NCBI GenBank assembly: GCA_034723315.1 | Contig: JAYEOV010000035.1 | Span: forward strand, 8,329 to 72,328 | DNA from: Candidatus Omnitrophota bacterium | Lineage (GTDB): Bacteria; Omnitrophota; Gorgyraeia; Tantalellales; Tantalellaceae | Direction of reading: 5' to 3' | DNA: 64,000 nucleotides | In this document: positions 29,586 through 37,168 of the stretch, one piece after another | How positions within the stretch are numbered: the stretch's first letter is position 1 | How the letters are laid out: each line of letters starts with the position of its first letter | Program-made: the position numbers and the translations under genes | Notes under the pieces: generated by a model | Seen by the model: only the letters and a program-made list of their open reading frames with translations | The model's database searches: none | What the model was told of the DNA's origin: nothing

Positions 29586-30023
29586 ATGAAAAAAATCATC
29601 TCTATTCTCCTGATCAGCCTTATCCCTGTCAGCGCTTTCGCTCAATACAAGGTTATCACTTCAGACGAGGGGCAGCAGGTTGTCCTGGACGATAACAGAA
29701 GGTTGACCGTGTTTATGGACGAACCCATAGATATAGGAGATCCCATCTGTGTTTATCTGGATACTTCGGAACTGGATACACGGGGATACGACAAGGTTGA
29801 ATGGTATTATTTGAGAGAATACGGCCTGAATGAAGTGCTCATCCAGATGAAAAGCTCCGAACTGAGACTCCCGACCTTTGTGAACGTGAACGAAAAGGTA
29901 TCAATCTTATCCGTTCCTCTGACCGCGGATCCGAAAAGATCAGGGACATTTATTGTTCACGGAGTAGAGATCAAGGTCACTATAGAGCAATCCGGCCATA
30001 TTTCAGCGGAGATAGTTAATTAG
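29586..30023 (+). CDS. Secreted hypothetical protein
   Basis: Signal peptide MKKIISILLISLIPVSAFA; no recognised domain. Confidence 0.4.
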   Translation: MKKIISILLISLIPVSAFAQYKVITSDEGQQVVLDDNRRLTVFMDEPIDIGDPICVYLDTSELDTRGYDKVEWYYLREYGLNEVLIQMKSSELRLPTFVNVNEKVSILSVPLTADPKRSGTFIVHGVEIKVTIEQSGHISAEIVN

Positions 30024-30101
30024 CCCCCGCCCATTTTTTAAAGAAGCCCTCTCAAATAAATTTGAGAGGGCTTCTTCATGAGATATAAAGACGACCGATC
30101 G

Positions 30102-30335
30102 TTATTTAATTTGTTCCTTGCCTCTTCCTTCGGTCTGTTCCCAGATCGTATGGGTCTGGCTCTTCTGTTCCATTGTTTCCGGGATCTGTATCCTGAAAAG
30201 GTCCGCGAATTCATTCCAGAATCCGCCCCTGCCCGTGGTCCCTTTAGATGTAGTGGTGCTTGCCTCTTCAGCGAACCCAGCCGAAGCGCTGATGAGAAAC
30301 ACAATTACTGCAATAAGCGCGATTAGCTTCTTCAT
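30102..30335 (-). CDS. Small secreted hypothetical protein
   Basis: Signal peptide MKKLIALIAVIVFLISASAGFA; 77 aa. Confidence 0.35.
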   Translation of the reverse strand: MKKLIALIAVIVFLISASAGFAEEASTTTSKGTTGRGGFWNEFADLFRIQIPETMEQKSQTHTIWEQTEGRGKEQIK

Positions 30336-30465
30336 TGATACCCCCTTTTTGAAGTATTATAAAATTATCATATAAAATATTATATATTATACACTCTCAA
30401 TAAGCATAATTGCAATAAGAAATGTTAAATGTTAAATTTATTATGGGCATGATCTTATTTAAGAG

Positions 30466-30521
30466 GGGCTAAGCCCTATGGGGGCCCCTTTTTTTTTAAC
30501 CTGGTTAAATCTAACCAGGTT
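30466..30521. terminator. Terminator cluster
   Basis: GGGCTAAGCCC; GGGGGCCCC followed by T9; then AACCTGGTTAAATCTAACCAGGTT + A-run. Confidence 0.4.
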
Positions 30522-30546
30522 AAAAAAAGAAAACTAGTGTCTGTCC

Positions 30547-31293
30547 CTAGTTTTTCAAGAACATTTTTACAGAGAAGAAAATTACAAAAAAGCCGAAAAT
30601 GTAGCGAAGTGTAACAGGCGTTAACATGTTCGACAGTATGGCTCCCAGGATCGCTCCCAGAAGTGATGCGGGGATCAGAAATCTTACCGCCCTGCGGTCG
30701 ATATTATTGAGTTTCGCGTGAAATATGGCACCGGCCGCTGAAGTCGGGACTATAACGGTAAGGGATGTTGCGATGGCCTGGTGCATTTGAAATCCGAAGA
30801 AAAGATCAAGCGACGGGACCATTATGGCGCCTCCGCCGATACCGAAAAGAGCCGATGATATACCCGCGATAAGGCCCAATATTACGAAAAAGGGATACGA
30901 GTTTATGCTCAGGACGCTCTCTGTGGGGATCCTTATAAGTCCGACCTGTTTCAGGCCAACGAAGAGAAGAAGCGCGGCGAACAGGACCCTGATCAGATCT
31001 CCTCTGATCCTGTCCGCGATGGCCGCCCCGATTTTCGCACCGGCGACCGATCCGAGAATGATGAACAAAGCGGAAATGAACAGTATATTGTCGCTGTTCA
31101 GAATATAGTGAGTGCTCACCCCGACAAGAGCCGCGGGGACTATTGTCGTGAGGGATGTGCCTACGGCTTTCTTTATGTCATAGTCCAGCAAAAGGACCAG
31201 GGACGGGACCATTACAACGCCCCCGCCGATACCTAAAAAGGCGCTGCCGAAACCCGCGAAGAAACCCAGGATAAGGAGATAGGAGTTTTTCAT
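30547..31293 (-). CDS. TauE/SafE (DUF81) family sulfite/anion exporter
   Basis: 248 aa, two internal repeats each with GIGGG(VI)(VM)(VM)P motif. Confidence 0.75.
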   Translation of the reverse strand: MKNSYLLILGFFAGFGSAFLGIGGGVVMVPSLVLLLDYDIKKAVGTSLTTIVPAALVGVSTHYILNSDNILFISALFIILGSVAGAKIGAAIADRIRGDLIRVLFAALLLFVGLKQVGLIRIPTESVLSINSYPFFVILGLIAGISSALFGIGGGAIMVPSLDLFFGFQMHQAIATSLTVIVPTSAAGAIFHAKLNNIDRRAVRFLIPASLLGAILGAILSNMLTPVTLRYIFGFFVIFFSVKMFLKN

Positions 31294-31609
31294 TTGGCTC
31301 TTTAATAACCTGTAAGGATCAAAACCCGTGCGGTTCTTTTTTTATTCAGTTTGCGGACACTTTGTTCGCGAGGCGCCTCATCCACATCGTTGTCACCATG
31401 GCGAGTAACCTGGAAGATGCGTTTTTCAAGACCGGCTGCTTTCGGGTTTTATTATACAGTATACCAGGAGCTGTAAAAAGAAATAATTTCTGGCGGCGTG
31501 ATGAATTGCGGGCTGCGGCAAGCCCCTCTCACCGCGCTGAAAGAGGGGCCTTCCTTTATAATCGGAGTAAAGTTCCACGGACTTACGTCCGCGGAACTTT
31601 AAAGGTGCA

Positions 31610-32110
31610 TTAGAACCTTTCCCTGAACCTTCCCCAGTGAGATTTCCGGCCGTGATCGCGCCGGTGGTGTTTTCTTTCCTCTTTGAGTTCCATGAACTCC
31701 TCGAACTGATCGGGGGTCAAGATCTTTTTCATGTCCAGGAAGTTATCCACCCTTTGATCTATCTGTTTCGCCTGCAGCTTTTTCATGTCGGATACGACCC
31801 TTTTTATTTTTTTTCTGCTGGAGTAGGTTTCCTGCAGCTCTTCGCTGAGATCATGGCGTGTATCTCTCAGTTCTTCCATCAGAGCTTTCATCATTTCCCT
31901 GTTCTCCCGGCGGAGTTCTTTGAGCTGTTCTCTTTGTTTTGGGGACAGGTCAAGCCTTTCCGATATCTTGTCGAATATCTCCGATCTTCGAGCGTTCATT
32001 CCTTCCGGACCGTCCCCGCCATAGGATGGTTGCGAATATGCCGCCGGAGCCGCGCACAGAACCGTGATCACAGCCAGGATGACCGACAATTTCAATACCG
32101 TGTTCTTCAT
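31610..32110 (-). CDS. Periplasmic LTXXQ-motif protein (Spy/CpxP family)
   Basis: Signal peptide, coiled-coil, LTPDQ motif; paralogue of 9204..9641. Confidence 0.6.
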   Translation of the reverse strand: MKNTVLKLSVILAVITVLCAAPAAYSQPSYGGDGPEGMNARRSEIFDKISERLDLSPKQREQLKELRRENREMMKALMEELRDTRHDLSEELQETYSSRKKIKRVVSDMKKLQAKQIDQRVDNFLDMKKILTPDQFEEFMELKEERKHHRRDHGRKSHWGRFRERF

Positions 32111-32236
32111 TTTTTCCTCCTTCTTTTTGTCTTTCTCAATTCTGTCCCTTCACTGCTGGATCCCCGCTTCCGCGGGGATTAAATTCGCATTATGATTTAC
32201 TCTCATTTCAATCGCGTAAATCATGTGCTCATTTAA

Positions 32237-32265
32237 CTTAGACAGAAGGAGATCCAAAATAGTTC
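32237..32265 (-). promoter_or_regulatory. ECF sigmaE-type promoter GGAACTA-N16-GTCTAA
   Basis: Minus strand GGAACTAttttggatctccttctGTCTAA upstream of the LTXXQ gene 31610..32110. Confidence 0.5.
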
Positions 32266-32271
32266 CCTCTA

Positions 32272-32287
32272 TGAACCCATTTCATAA
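32272..32287. repeat. Solo MITE terminal inverted repeat (GAACCCATTTCATAAC)
   Basis: Identical to the left TIR of the element family; overlaps the stop codon of the anti-sigma gene. Confidence 0.45.
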
Positions 32288-32767
32288 CAAAAAATCCTCC
32301 ATCGGGATGCCTATATCCGTATAAGAGCCGTTCTCCCGGTCCCCGTTGTTTAGCGCGTCAATGAATGAGAGCTGTTCCTCAAGATACATGTTAAGCGAGG
32401 CCCTGTCGAAGAGGTACGTCCTGGCGACTAATGCCGCTATAACGATAAGTATGGATGCCGTCAGCACGGCGAACGCGGGTTTTCTCTCAGCAAGGATCTC
32501 CCGGAGGCGCTCTCTTAAACCGGAGAGCGGGCTCTCGGGCCGGTTCGCCTCAATGACGCCTTTTATGCCGTGCCAGGTCTCTTCAGGGGGCTGCAGGCGC
32601 TCCGCTCTCTTCAGTGGATCCACGGCTGCGTCACGGACGATCTGCAGCAACTCCCCGCAACGGGGACACGACCTTATGTGGTCTTCGACGACCTTCCTCT
32701 GACCGGGATCAAGTTCTCCGTCTATGTAGTCTGTCAGGATCATTTTCCGTATTTTTCCGCATTTCAT
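32282..32767 (-). CDS. Zinc-finger (zf-HC2) anti-sigma factor, membrane-spanning
   Basis: HIRSCPRCGELL motif near N-term, single TM helix, 4-nt overlap with the upstream ECF sigma gene. Confidence 0.6.
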   Translation of the reverse strand: MKCGKIRKMILTDYIDGELDPGQRKVVEDHIRSCPRCGELLQIVRDAAVDPLKRAERLQPPEETWHGIKGVIEANRPESPLSGLRERLREILAERKPAFAVLTASILIVIAALVARTYLFDRASLNMYLEEQLSFIDALNNGDRENGSYTDIGIPMEDFLL

Positions 32768-32769
32768 GG

Positions 32770-33318
32770 CTACCCCCTTTTCCGGTATCGGGAGATAAGT
32801 TTTTCACGGGCTCTCTTGAGCCTGGTCCTTACCGTATTTATCTTTATGTTAAGGGTCTCGGCGATCTCTTCATACTTCAACCCCTCGATCTCTTTCAGTA
32901 CCAGACATGCTCTCTGCTCGTCGGGCAGGCTGTTCAGCATGGACCTTACAAGATCCTGGCTGTGTTCTTTTTCAAGCAGGTCCGTTCCGGTTTCTTGAAC
33001 GGGTCCGGCGTCTATCGCGTCATCGAAAGCGACCGTTCTCGCGCGCTCTTTTGACCTTTTCCTGTATACGTTGATCGCCTTGTTCGTGGTTATCCTGTAT
33101 ATCCAGGTCTTGAAAGAGGACTTGAACCGGAATTTCGAGAGGTTCCTGTAAACGCTCACGAAAACGTCCTGGGTAACTTCCTGAGCGTCCTCCCTTCTGC
33201 CTGTAACCCTGAAAGCTATTGTATATACGTAGCCGGAGGCCCTTCTGTATATCTCTTCAAAAGCGTGCATATCGCCTTCAGACGCTTTTATTATTATTTC
33301 CTCTGGTATCGGCTGCAT
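32770..33318 (-). CDS. ECF (sigma-24/sigmaE-like) RNA polymerase sigma factor
   Basis: Region 2 (DMHAFEEIYRR...YVYTIAFRVTG) and region 4 HTH (YEEIAETLNIKINTVRTRL). Start is reassigned to the internal ATG because the promoter -10 lies inside the track ORF N-term (track 32770..33351). Confidence 0.8.
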   Translation of the reverse strand: MQPIPEEIIIKASEGDMHAFEEIYRRASGYVYTIAFRVTGRREDAQEVTQDVFVSVYRNLSKFRFKSSFKTWIYRITTNKAINVYRKRSKERARTVAFDDAIDAGPVQETGTDLLEKEHSQDLVRSMLNSLPDEQRACLVLKEIEGLKYEEIAETLNIKINTVRTRLKRAREKLISRYRKRG

Positions 33319-33334
33319 TTTCCCCTCTATTATA

Positions 33335-33363
33335 TTAGACAAAGGGAGCATCGAAAAAGTTCC
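33335..33363 (-). promoter_or_regulatory. Autoregulatory ECF sigmaE-type promoter GGAACTT-N16-GTCTAA
   Basis: Minus strand GGGAACTTtttcgatgctccctttGTCTAAtataatagaggggaaaATG; classic sigmaE spacing. Confidence 0.55.
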
Positions 33364-33402
33364 CCGGTAGTGCGTATTATATCATACGCACCCCGCTTTT
33401 CT

Positions 33403-33700
33403 AGAAGCCATTTCATAACCCGGTTCGTAACGAGGCTGAGCGAAAAAGCCTTTAGCCCTTCGACTCAGGCCCCGGCTTTAGCCGGGGCCTTCGCTCCCTT
33501 CGGCTTCGCTCAGGGCAAGCAGGATTCCGCCCCACCCGGGCGGTAAGGGTGGTGCCCCGGGTTTGCCGGGGGCTCCACAAAGCCTGAGCGGCAAAAAGCC
33601 CGGAAACGTAGCCCCAATCTGCTACGTTGAGGACTTTTTGCTGCGAAAACGCAGCTAACGGCTTTTGCAGCCAGCCGCAGTAGAACAGGGTTTTGTAGTT
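33403..33700 (+). mobile_element. MITE-like element, long variant (~300 bp) with GC-rich insert module
   Basis: Left TIR AGAAGCCATTTCATAACCCGGTTCGTAACGAGGCTGAGCGAAAAAGCC..., internal CCGGAAACGTAGCC...CTACGTTGA hairpin, right end TTTTGCAGCCAGCCGCAGTAGAACAGGGTT. Confidence 0.55.
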
Positions 33701-33715
33701 CGCAGTTACAGGGAG

Positions 33716-33976
33716 ATGACACACGAGATCTGGGAGGATAAGGATCGCACGAAATTGAGAGATAACCGGAAGGTTTTTAAACTGTTTCGCGAAGGGCTCG
33801 AGCCGCTCATACAGGAAGGAAGACTCGGGTGCGTGCTCCTGCAGTTCCCCTATTTTTTTCTGTCCAACCGGGATAATTTTGATTACCTTCAGAGATGCAG
33901 GGACAGTCTTGCCGGAGTAGATGCCGTAGTTGAATTCAGGAACAGGTCGTGGGTAAAGGAACGGACCTTCGAGTGA
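33716..33976 (+). pseudogene. DUF72 (YecE-like) family protein fragment
   Basis: Only the central/C-terminal LGCVLLQFPYFF ... AVVEFRNRSW region is present, ~85 aa of a ~250-aa family. It begins at the MITE edge and ends prematurely. Confidence 0.4.
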
Positions 33977-33980
33977 TAAG

Positions 33981-34088
33981 TAGAAGTTCTGGGGACACGC
34001 CTGTTATAGGCGATAAGCAGACACTACTGAAGTTCCGGGGACACGCTTGTTGTATATGCCTATTTTGCTCGCCCAAGCATGTCCCCGG
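33981..34088 (+). repeat. Structured ~110-bp repeat element (family 2), copy 1
   Basis: Contains 2 x GAAGTTC[TC]GGGGACACGCYTGTT plus inverted CATGTCCCCGG. About 80% identical to the reverse complement of 44792..44905. Confidence 0.5.
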
Positions 34089-34240
34089 AATATATTTTTA
34101 TACATAACCGATAACAGATAACCCATAACCGAGATACCCATAGCGAGCATACGTGCACAATACGAGATACCCAAAGCGAGCAAACACGCACCATACCCGG
34201 CACCCAAAACCAGACTTTGCGCCTGCTTCAACATCCACCC

Positions 34241-34744
34241 CTATATAATTTCAAGGATATCCTCAAGGATACTGTTGCGGTTGTCAGGATCGATGGTGTA
34301 TATGTTGACGTCGGCGCGCGATTTAACGGCATCAATGAACCCGGAGCCCTTCAGTTTTATTGTCGCGATCACGTTGCCGGGAGAATCGAGCGCTTTAATT
34401 ACCGTTTTTTTGAACTTCGCTGAGAACAGTTCCATGGGGCCTATCTCGTCAATAATGACCGTCCTGGAATCGTTTATAGCCGATTCGATCGCCGGCAGGG
34501 CGACATCTTCAAAATTCGCCAGATCCACTTTATACTTGCCCACCCTGCAGGGACTTGTGATGTCGATCCCCGACAATATCCCGGTTTTCCCGTCAAGGGT
34601 TTTTATGCGGAATCCGGTCCTTATACCGTTTTTTCGTATTTCCTCAGTATAAAATCCGCCGGCCCTGCCCGCGAAACTCATGGCGATCTTTCTGACCAAC
34701 GTTGTCTTTCCTATTCCCGGTCTTCCCGTTATCAGCACGTTCAT
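34241..34744 (-). CDS. Nucleoside-triphosphatase THEP1 family
   Basis: 167 aa; Walker A GRPGIGKTT at N-terminus; size and pattern of the THEP1/MJ1559 NTPase family. Confidence 0.7.
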   Translation of the reverse strand: MNVLITGRPGIGKTTLVRKIAMSFAGRAGGFYTEEIRKNGIRTGFRIKTLDGKTGILSGIDITSPCRVGKYKVDLANFEDVALPAIESAINDSRTVIIDEIGPMELFSAKFKKTVIKALDSPGNVIATIKLKGSGFIDAVKSRADVNIYTIDPDNRNSILEDILEII

Positions 34745-34971
34745 TTGAATACCCCGAAATTCATAATATCGGCTTTTTTTGCCGTGAGGACAGGTGTTGC
34801 TTCCCGCTCAGAACCGTCCCTGTCAGGTTTTGGCGTGGTGGAGGACCGCTCGTAACCATAGAATTTCAGGGAAAGCCCCCTGCTTGTCCGTAGATCCTTT
34901 TTTCTGTTCCTTGCCATTATTGCCGCCTTGTTTTCTTTTCCCCGGGTGTCCCCGTTCCGGAAAAGGTGTCT

Positions 34972-35526
34972 TTATATCGCTGCTAAAGCTACGTTCAAAG
35001 CCACGACCAGAACCTGCGCCAACACGTTCCAGGCCTGCCGCGTGTTACTCCTTTTTCGCAATTCTGATACGACCGCGCTCATGCCTGTCAGGCGGACTAT
35101 CCTTGCGGCGTTTTCCCTGTCGGAAAGTTCGGACACGGGTTTGAGGTAGTGCGCCGATACCTTGGGTTCCAAAGCGTTGTAAACCGCCAGAAGGTCATCG
35201 TCGTTCCAGTTTTTAAGCTCCACTTTTTCATGGGCAAGTCCGAATACCCCGGAATTTTTCAGATAGGCGGACTTTCTTTTCCCGAGGGTCTCCATGAACC
35301 TGGAAATGGTTATGTTCTTCGCCACGCCGTCCTCGAAGGTTTCCGCGGGAACGTTGAAGATCATCACGATCATCATAAGGGCATGTTCGTCGTCGAGTTC
35401 CGCAAATGTCTTGTATTCCTTCCCTTCCAGCTTGTAACCGTAGTGGTGTTTTGTCGTGGCGCATCCCGATAAAAGGGCGCAGAGACAAAAAAATAAGATG
35501 ATAAAACTGTTCTTCTTCAGTTCCAC
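34972..35526 (-). CDS. Lipoprotein with C-terminal TM anchor (paralogue of 19244..19906)
   Basis: Lipobox LLSGCATT; KVELKNWNDDDLLAVYNAL and RKRSNTRQAWNVL motifs shared with the other copy; immediately downstream of the secretin-like gene. Confidence 0.5.
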   Translation of the reverse strand: MELKKNSFIILFFCLCALLSGCATTKHHYGYKLEGKEYKTFAELDDEHALMMIVMIFNVPAETFEDGVAKNITISRFMETLGKRKSAYLKNSGVFGLAHEKVELKNWNDDDLLAVYNALEPKVSAHYLKPVSELSDRENAARIVRLTGMSAVVSELRKRSNTRQAWNVLAQVLVVALNVALAAI

Positions 35527-35550
35527 TGGAAAAGTCCATGCAAAAAACGT

Positions 35551-36381
35551 TTACTCTGAAACGGTCGCCGTAACGAACATAATGACCGTTCTATATTTTT
35601 CGGCCCCCCTTAGAGGCACGGATACTCCCAAAGGCGTTACGCCCGCCTGTTCAAGGCGCCGTTCCACCCTGTCCATTCCGCCTATAGCGATGGTATCGCC
35701 GCTGTTGATCACCACCTGTGTGATGACGGACCTTTCGTATATGCTGTGGTCTTTGCGGATCTCCCCGATGGCCGGCCTCAGGATCATGGTGATCGAACCG
35801 TCGTTATTCACCCTGGGCAGGACTTCAAGGATGTTCCCGACGGGTTTTCTGTCGACCCAGTTGACGCCTATATTGCCTTTATCCGTTATGATCGTTCTGG
35901 GGAAGACCTCTTTGAGGGCGACCTGTGTCCTTGCGGGCTCGCCGCTGAGCGTCTTTACCGTCATCTGTGTGCGGATATCCGCGGATTCGCTTTTACTCAG
36001 CAGCCAGAAGATCTCATCGAACCTCTCCGGGGGAATGACGCTCTGACCGGCGTCTAATCCCGCCTCACCCATAAGGGTATCGGTCATTTCCACGACAAGA
36101 AGTTTTATCTCGACCTGTTTTCGCGGATTGTCAAGCCGGTCCAGCACTTTCCGGATATGTCTCAAGTTGGCCGGGTAATCGCGGACGATCAGGCTGTTGG
36201 TGGCAGAGTGAAGTGTGGTCTTCCCCTCTTTGCTGTTGAGATGGACTACTGCCGGGTAAATAGATACGGCGTCACCATGCTGTATCTTGAAGACCTCGAC
36301 CTGAAGGTCTTCGGAACCGGCGGATGCCGGAGGAGCCGTGATAAAAAAGGATATTATTATGATAAAAAGTGTTTTTCGCAT
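35551..36381 (-). CDS. Minimal secretin-family protein (NolW-like N domain + secretin C domain, 276 aa)
   Basis: Signal peptide; N domain ...NSLIVRDYPANLRHIRKVLDRLDNPRKQVEIKLLVVEM; C domain SVITQVVINSGDTIAIGGM...VTPLGVSVPLRG resembling the secretin core. Confidence 0.5.
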   Translation of the reverse strand: MRKTLFIIIISFFITAPPASAGSEDLQVEVFKIQHGDAVSIYPAVVHLNSKEGKTTLHSATNSLIVRDYPANLRHIRKVLDRLDNPRKQVEIKLLVVEMTDTLMGEAGLDAGQSVIPPERFDEIFWLLSKSESADIRTQMTVKTLSGEPARTQVALKEVFPRTIITDKGNIGVNWVDRKPVGNILEVLPRVNNDGSITMILRPAIGEIRKDHSIYERSVITQVVINSGDTIAIGGMDRVERRLEQAGVTPLGVSVPLRGAEKYRTVIMFVTATVSE

Positions 36382-36394
36382 GATTAGCGGCTAT

Positions 36395-36565
36395 CAACAA
36401 ACTTCCCTGCAGCTTGCTGCGGGGAAGTTTACCCCGCACCGAACCGCATTGGGTTCGGGGTTCTCGTCCCGTACCCAAAGTGGTACGGGAGATTCCGCCC
36501 TACAAGTGGAATCCCGCAGAAAAAGGAGCCGCGGACTCAAGTCCGCGGGACTCCATCCGATCAAC
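36395..36565 (-). repeat. MITE-related internal module, inverted orientation, no recognisable TIRs
   Basis: GATTCCGCCCTACAAGTGGAATCCCGCAGAAAAAGGAGCCGCGGACTCAAGTCCGCGGGACTCC matches the reverse complement of the insert in copy 42657..42838. Strong hairpin GGAGCCGCGGACTCAAGTCCGCGGGACTCC. Confidence 0.45.
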
Positions 36566-37160
36566 CGGTTTGTTCTTTTTTTCTGAACAGAAACCCGAAA
36601 ACCTTTTTAAGAGAACGGAACATGACTTTCAGGAACCATATCGAGAAAACAATAAAGGACAATACCAGCAGGCCGGCTATTACGGGGTGCTTGGCCACCA
36701 GCCATAATGCTACCAGGACAAAACTGTCCTCAGCGACGCTGGCAATAATGTTCGTTACAGGTTCAGGTGAGGTGTTTATGGCAACTCGCGCGGTGGCCTT
36801 TGTAAGATGCGAGTCTAACGCCACCACCCCGCAGATCAGGGCTACGGAAAGCTGAACGGATTCGTTCGATCCGGACATGGCCATGAAAGCCAGAAGCGCG
36901 GCGCCTGCCGGCCTTACCATTGTATGAAAGGAATCCCAGGCCGAGTCAACATACGGGATCTTATCCGCGAAGAACTCAATGATAAAAAGAAGCAATGCTA
37001 CCGTTATTATAATGGGATTTGATAAGACATCAAGTTTCCCGGGCAGGTCGATAAATCCAAGCCTGTCAGCTATGCCCAGTACCGCAATAGTAAGATAAAG
37101 GTTAATGCCGGAAGCCCAGGACCCGCCTAATATCATCCCGATATTGCTTAAAGTATTCAT
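36561..37160 (-). CDS. DUF4126 family membrane protein
   Basis: 199 aa, MILGGSWASGINLYLTIAVLG N-terminus and 4-5 TM pattern typical of DUF4126. Confidence 0.5.
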   Translation of the reverse strand: MNTLSNIGMILGGSWASGINLYLTIAVLGIADRLGFIDLPGKLDVLSNPIIITVALLLFIIEFFADKIPYVDSAWDSFHTMVRPAGAALLAFMAMSGSNESVQLSVALICGVVALDSHLTKATARVAINTSPEPVTNIIASVAEDSFVLVALWLVAKHPVIAGLLVLSFIVFSIWFLKVMFRSLKKVFGFLFRKKEQTG

Positions 37161-37168
37161 CTTTCCTG

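Noticed and set aside
33452-33724. ORFs 33452..33724, 33510..33722, 33265..33546 and 26515..26733, 42668..42943
   Set aside because: They are contained within MITE copies. The repeated MQPAAV.. / ..RPCQ.. peptides are simply translations of the conserved element sequence.
33981-34088. Possible CRISPR array (short GGGGACACGC-containing repeats with spacers) at 33981..34088 and 44792..44905
   Set aside because: There are only 2-3 repeat units per locus, with irregular spacing and inverted partial copies. The two loci are near-copies of each other as whole units, and no cas genes are nearby. This fits a structured repeat element better than CRISPR.
34004-34234. ORF 34004..34234 (-) 76 aa and ORF 34217..34423 (+)
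   Set aside because: They overlap the repeat element, the low-complexity ATAACC tract and the THEP1 gene. They lack start context and are likely non-coding.
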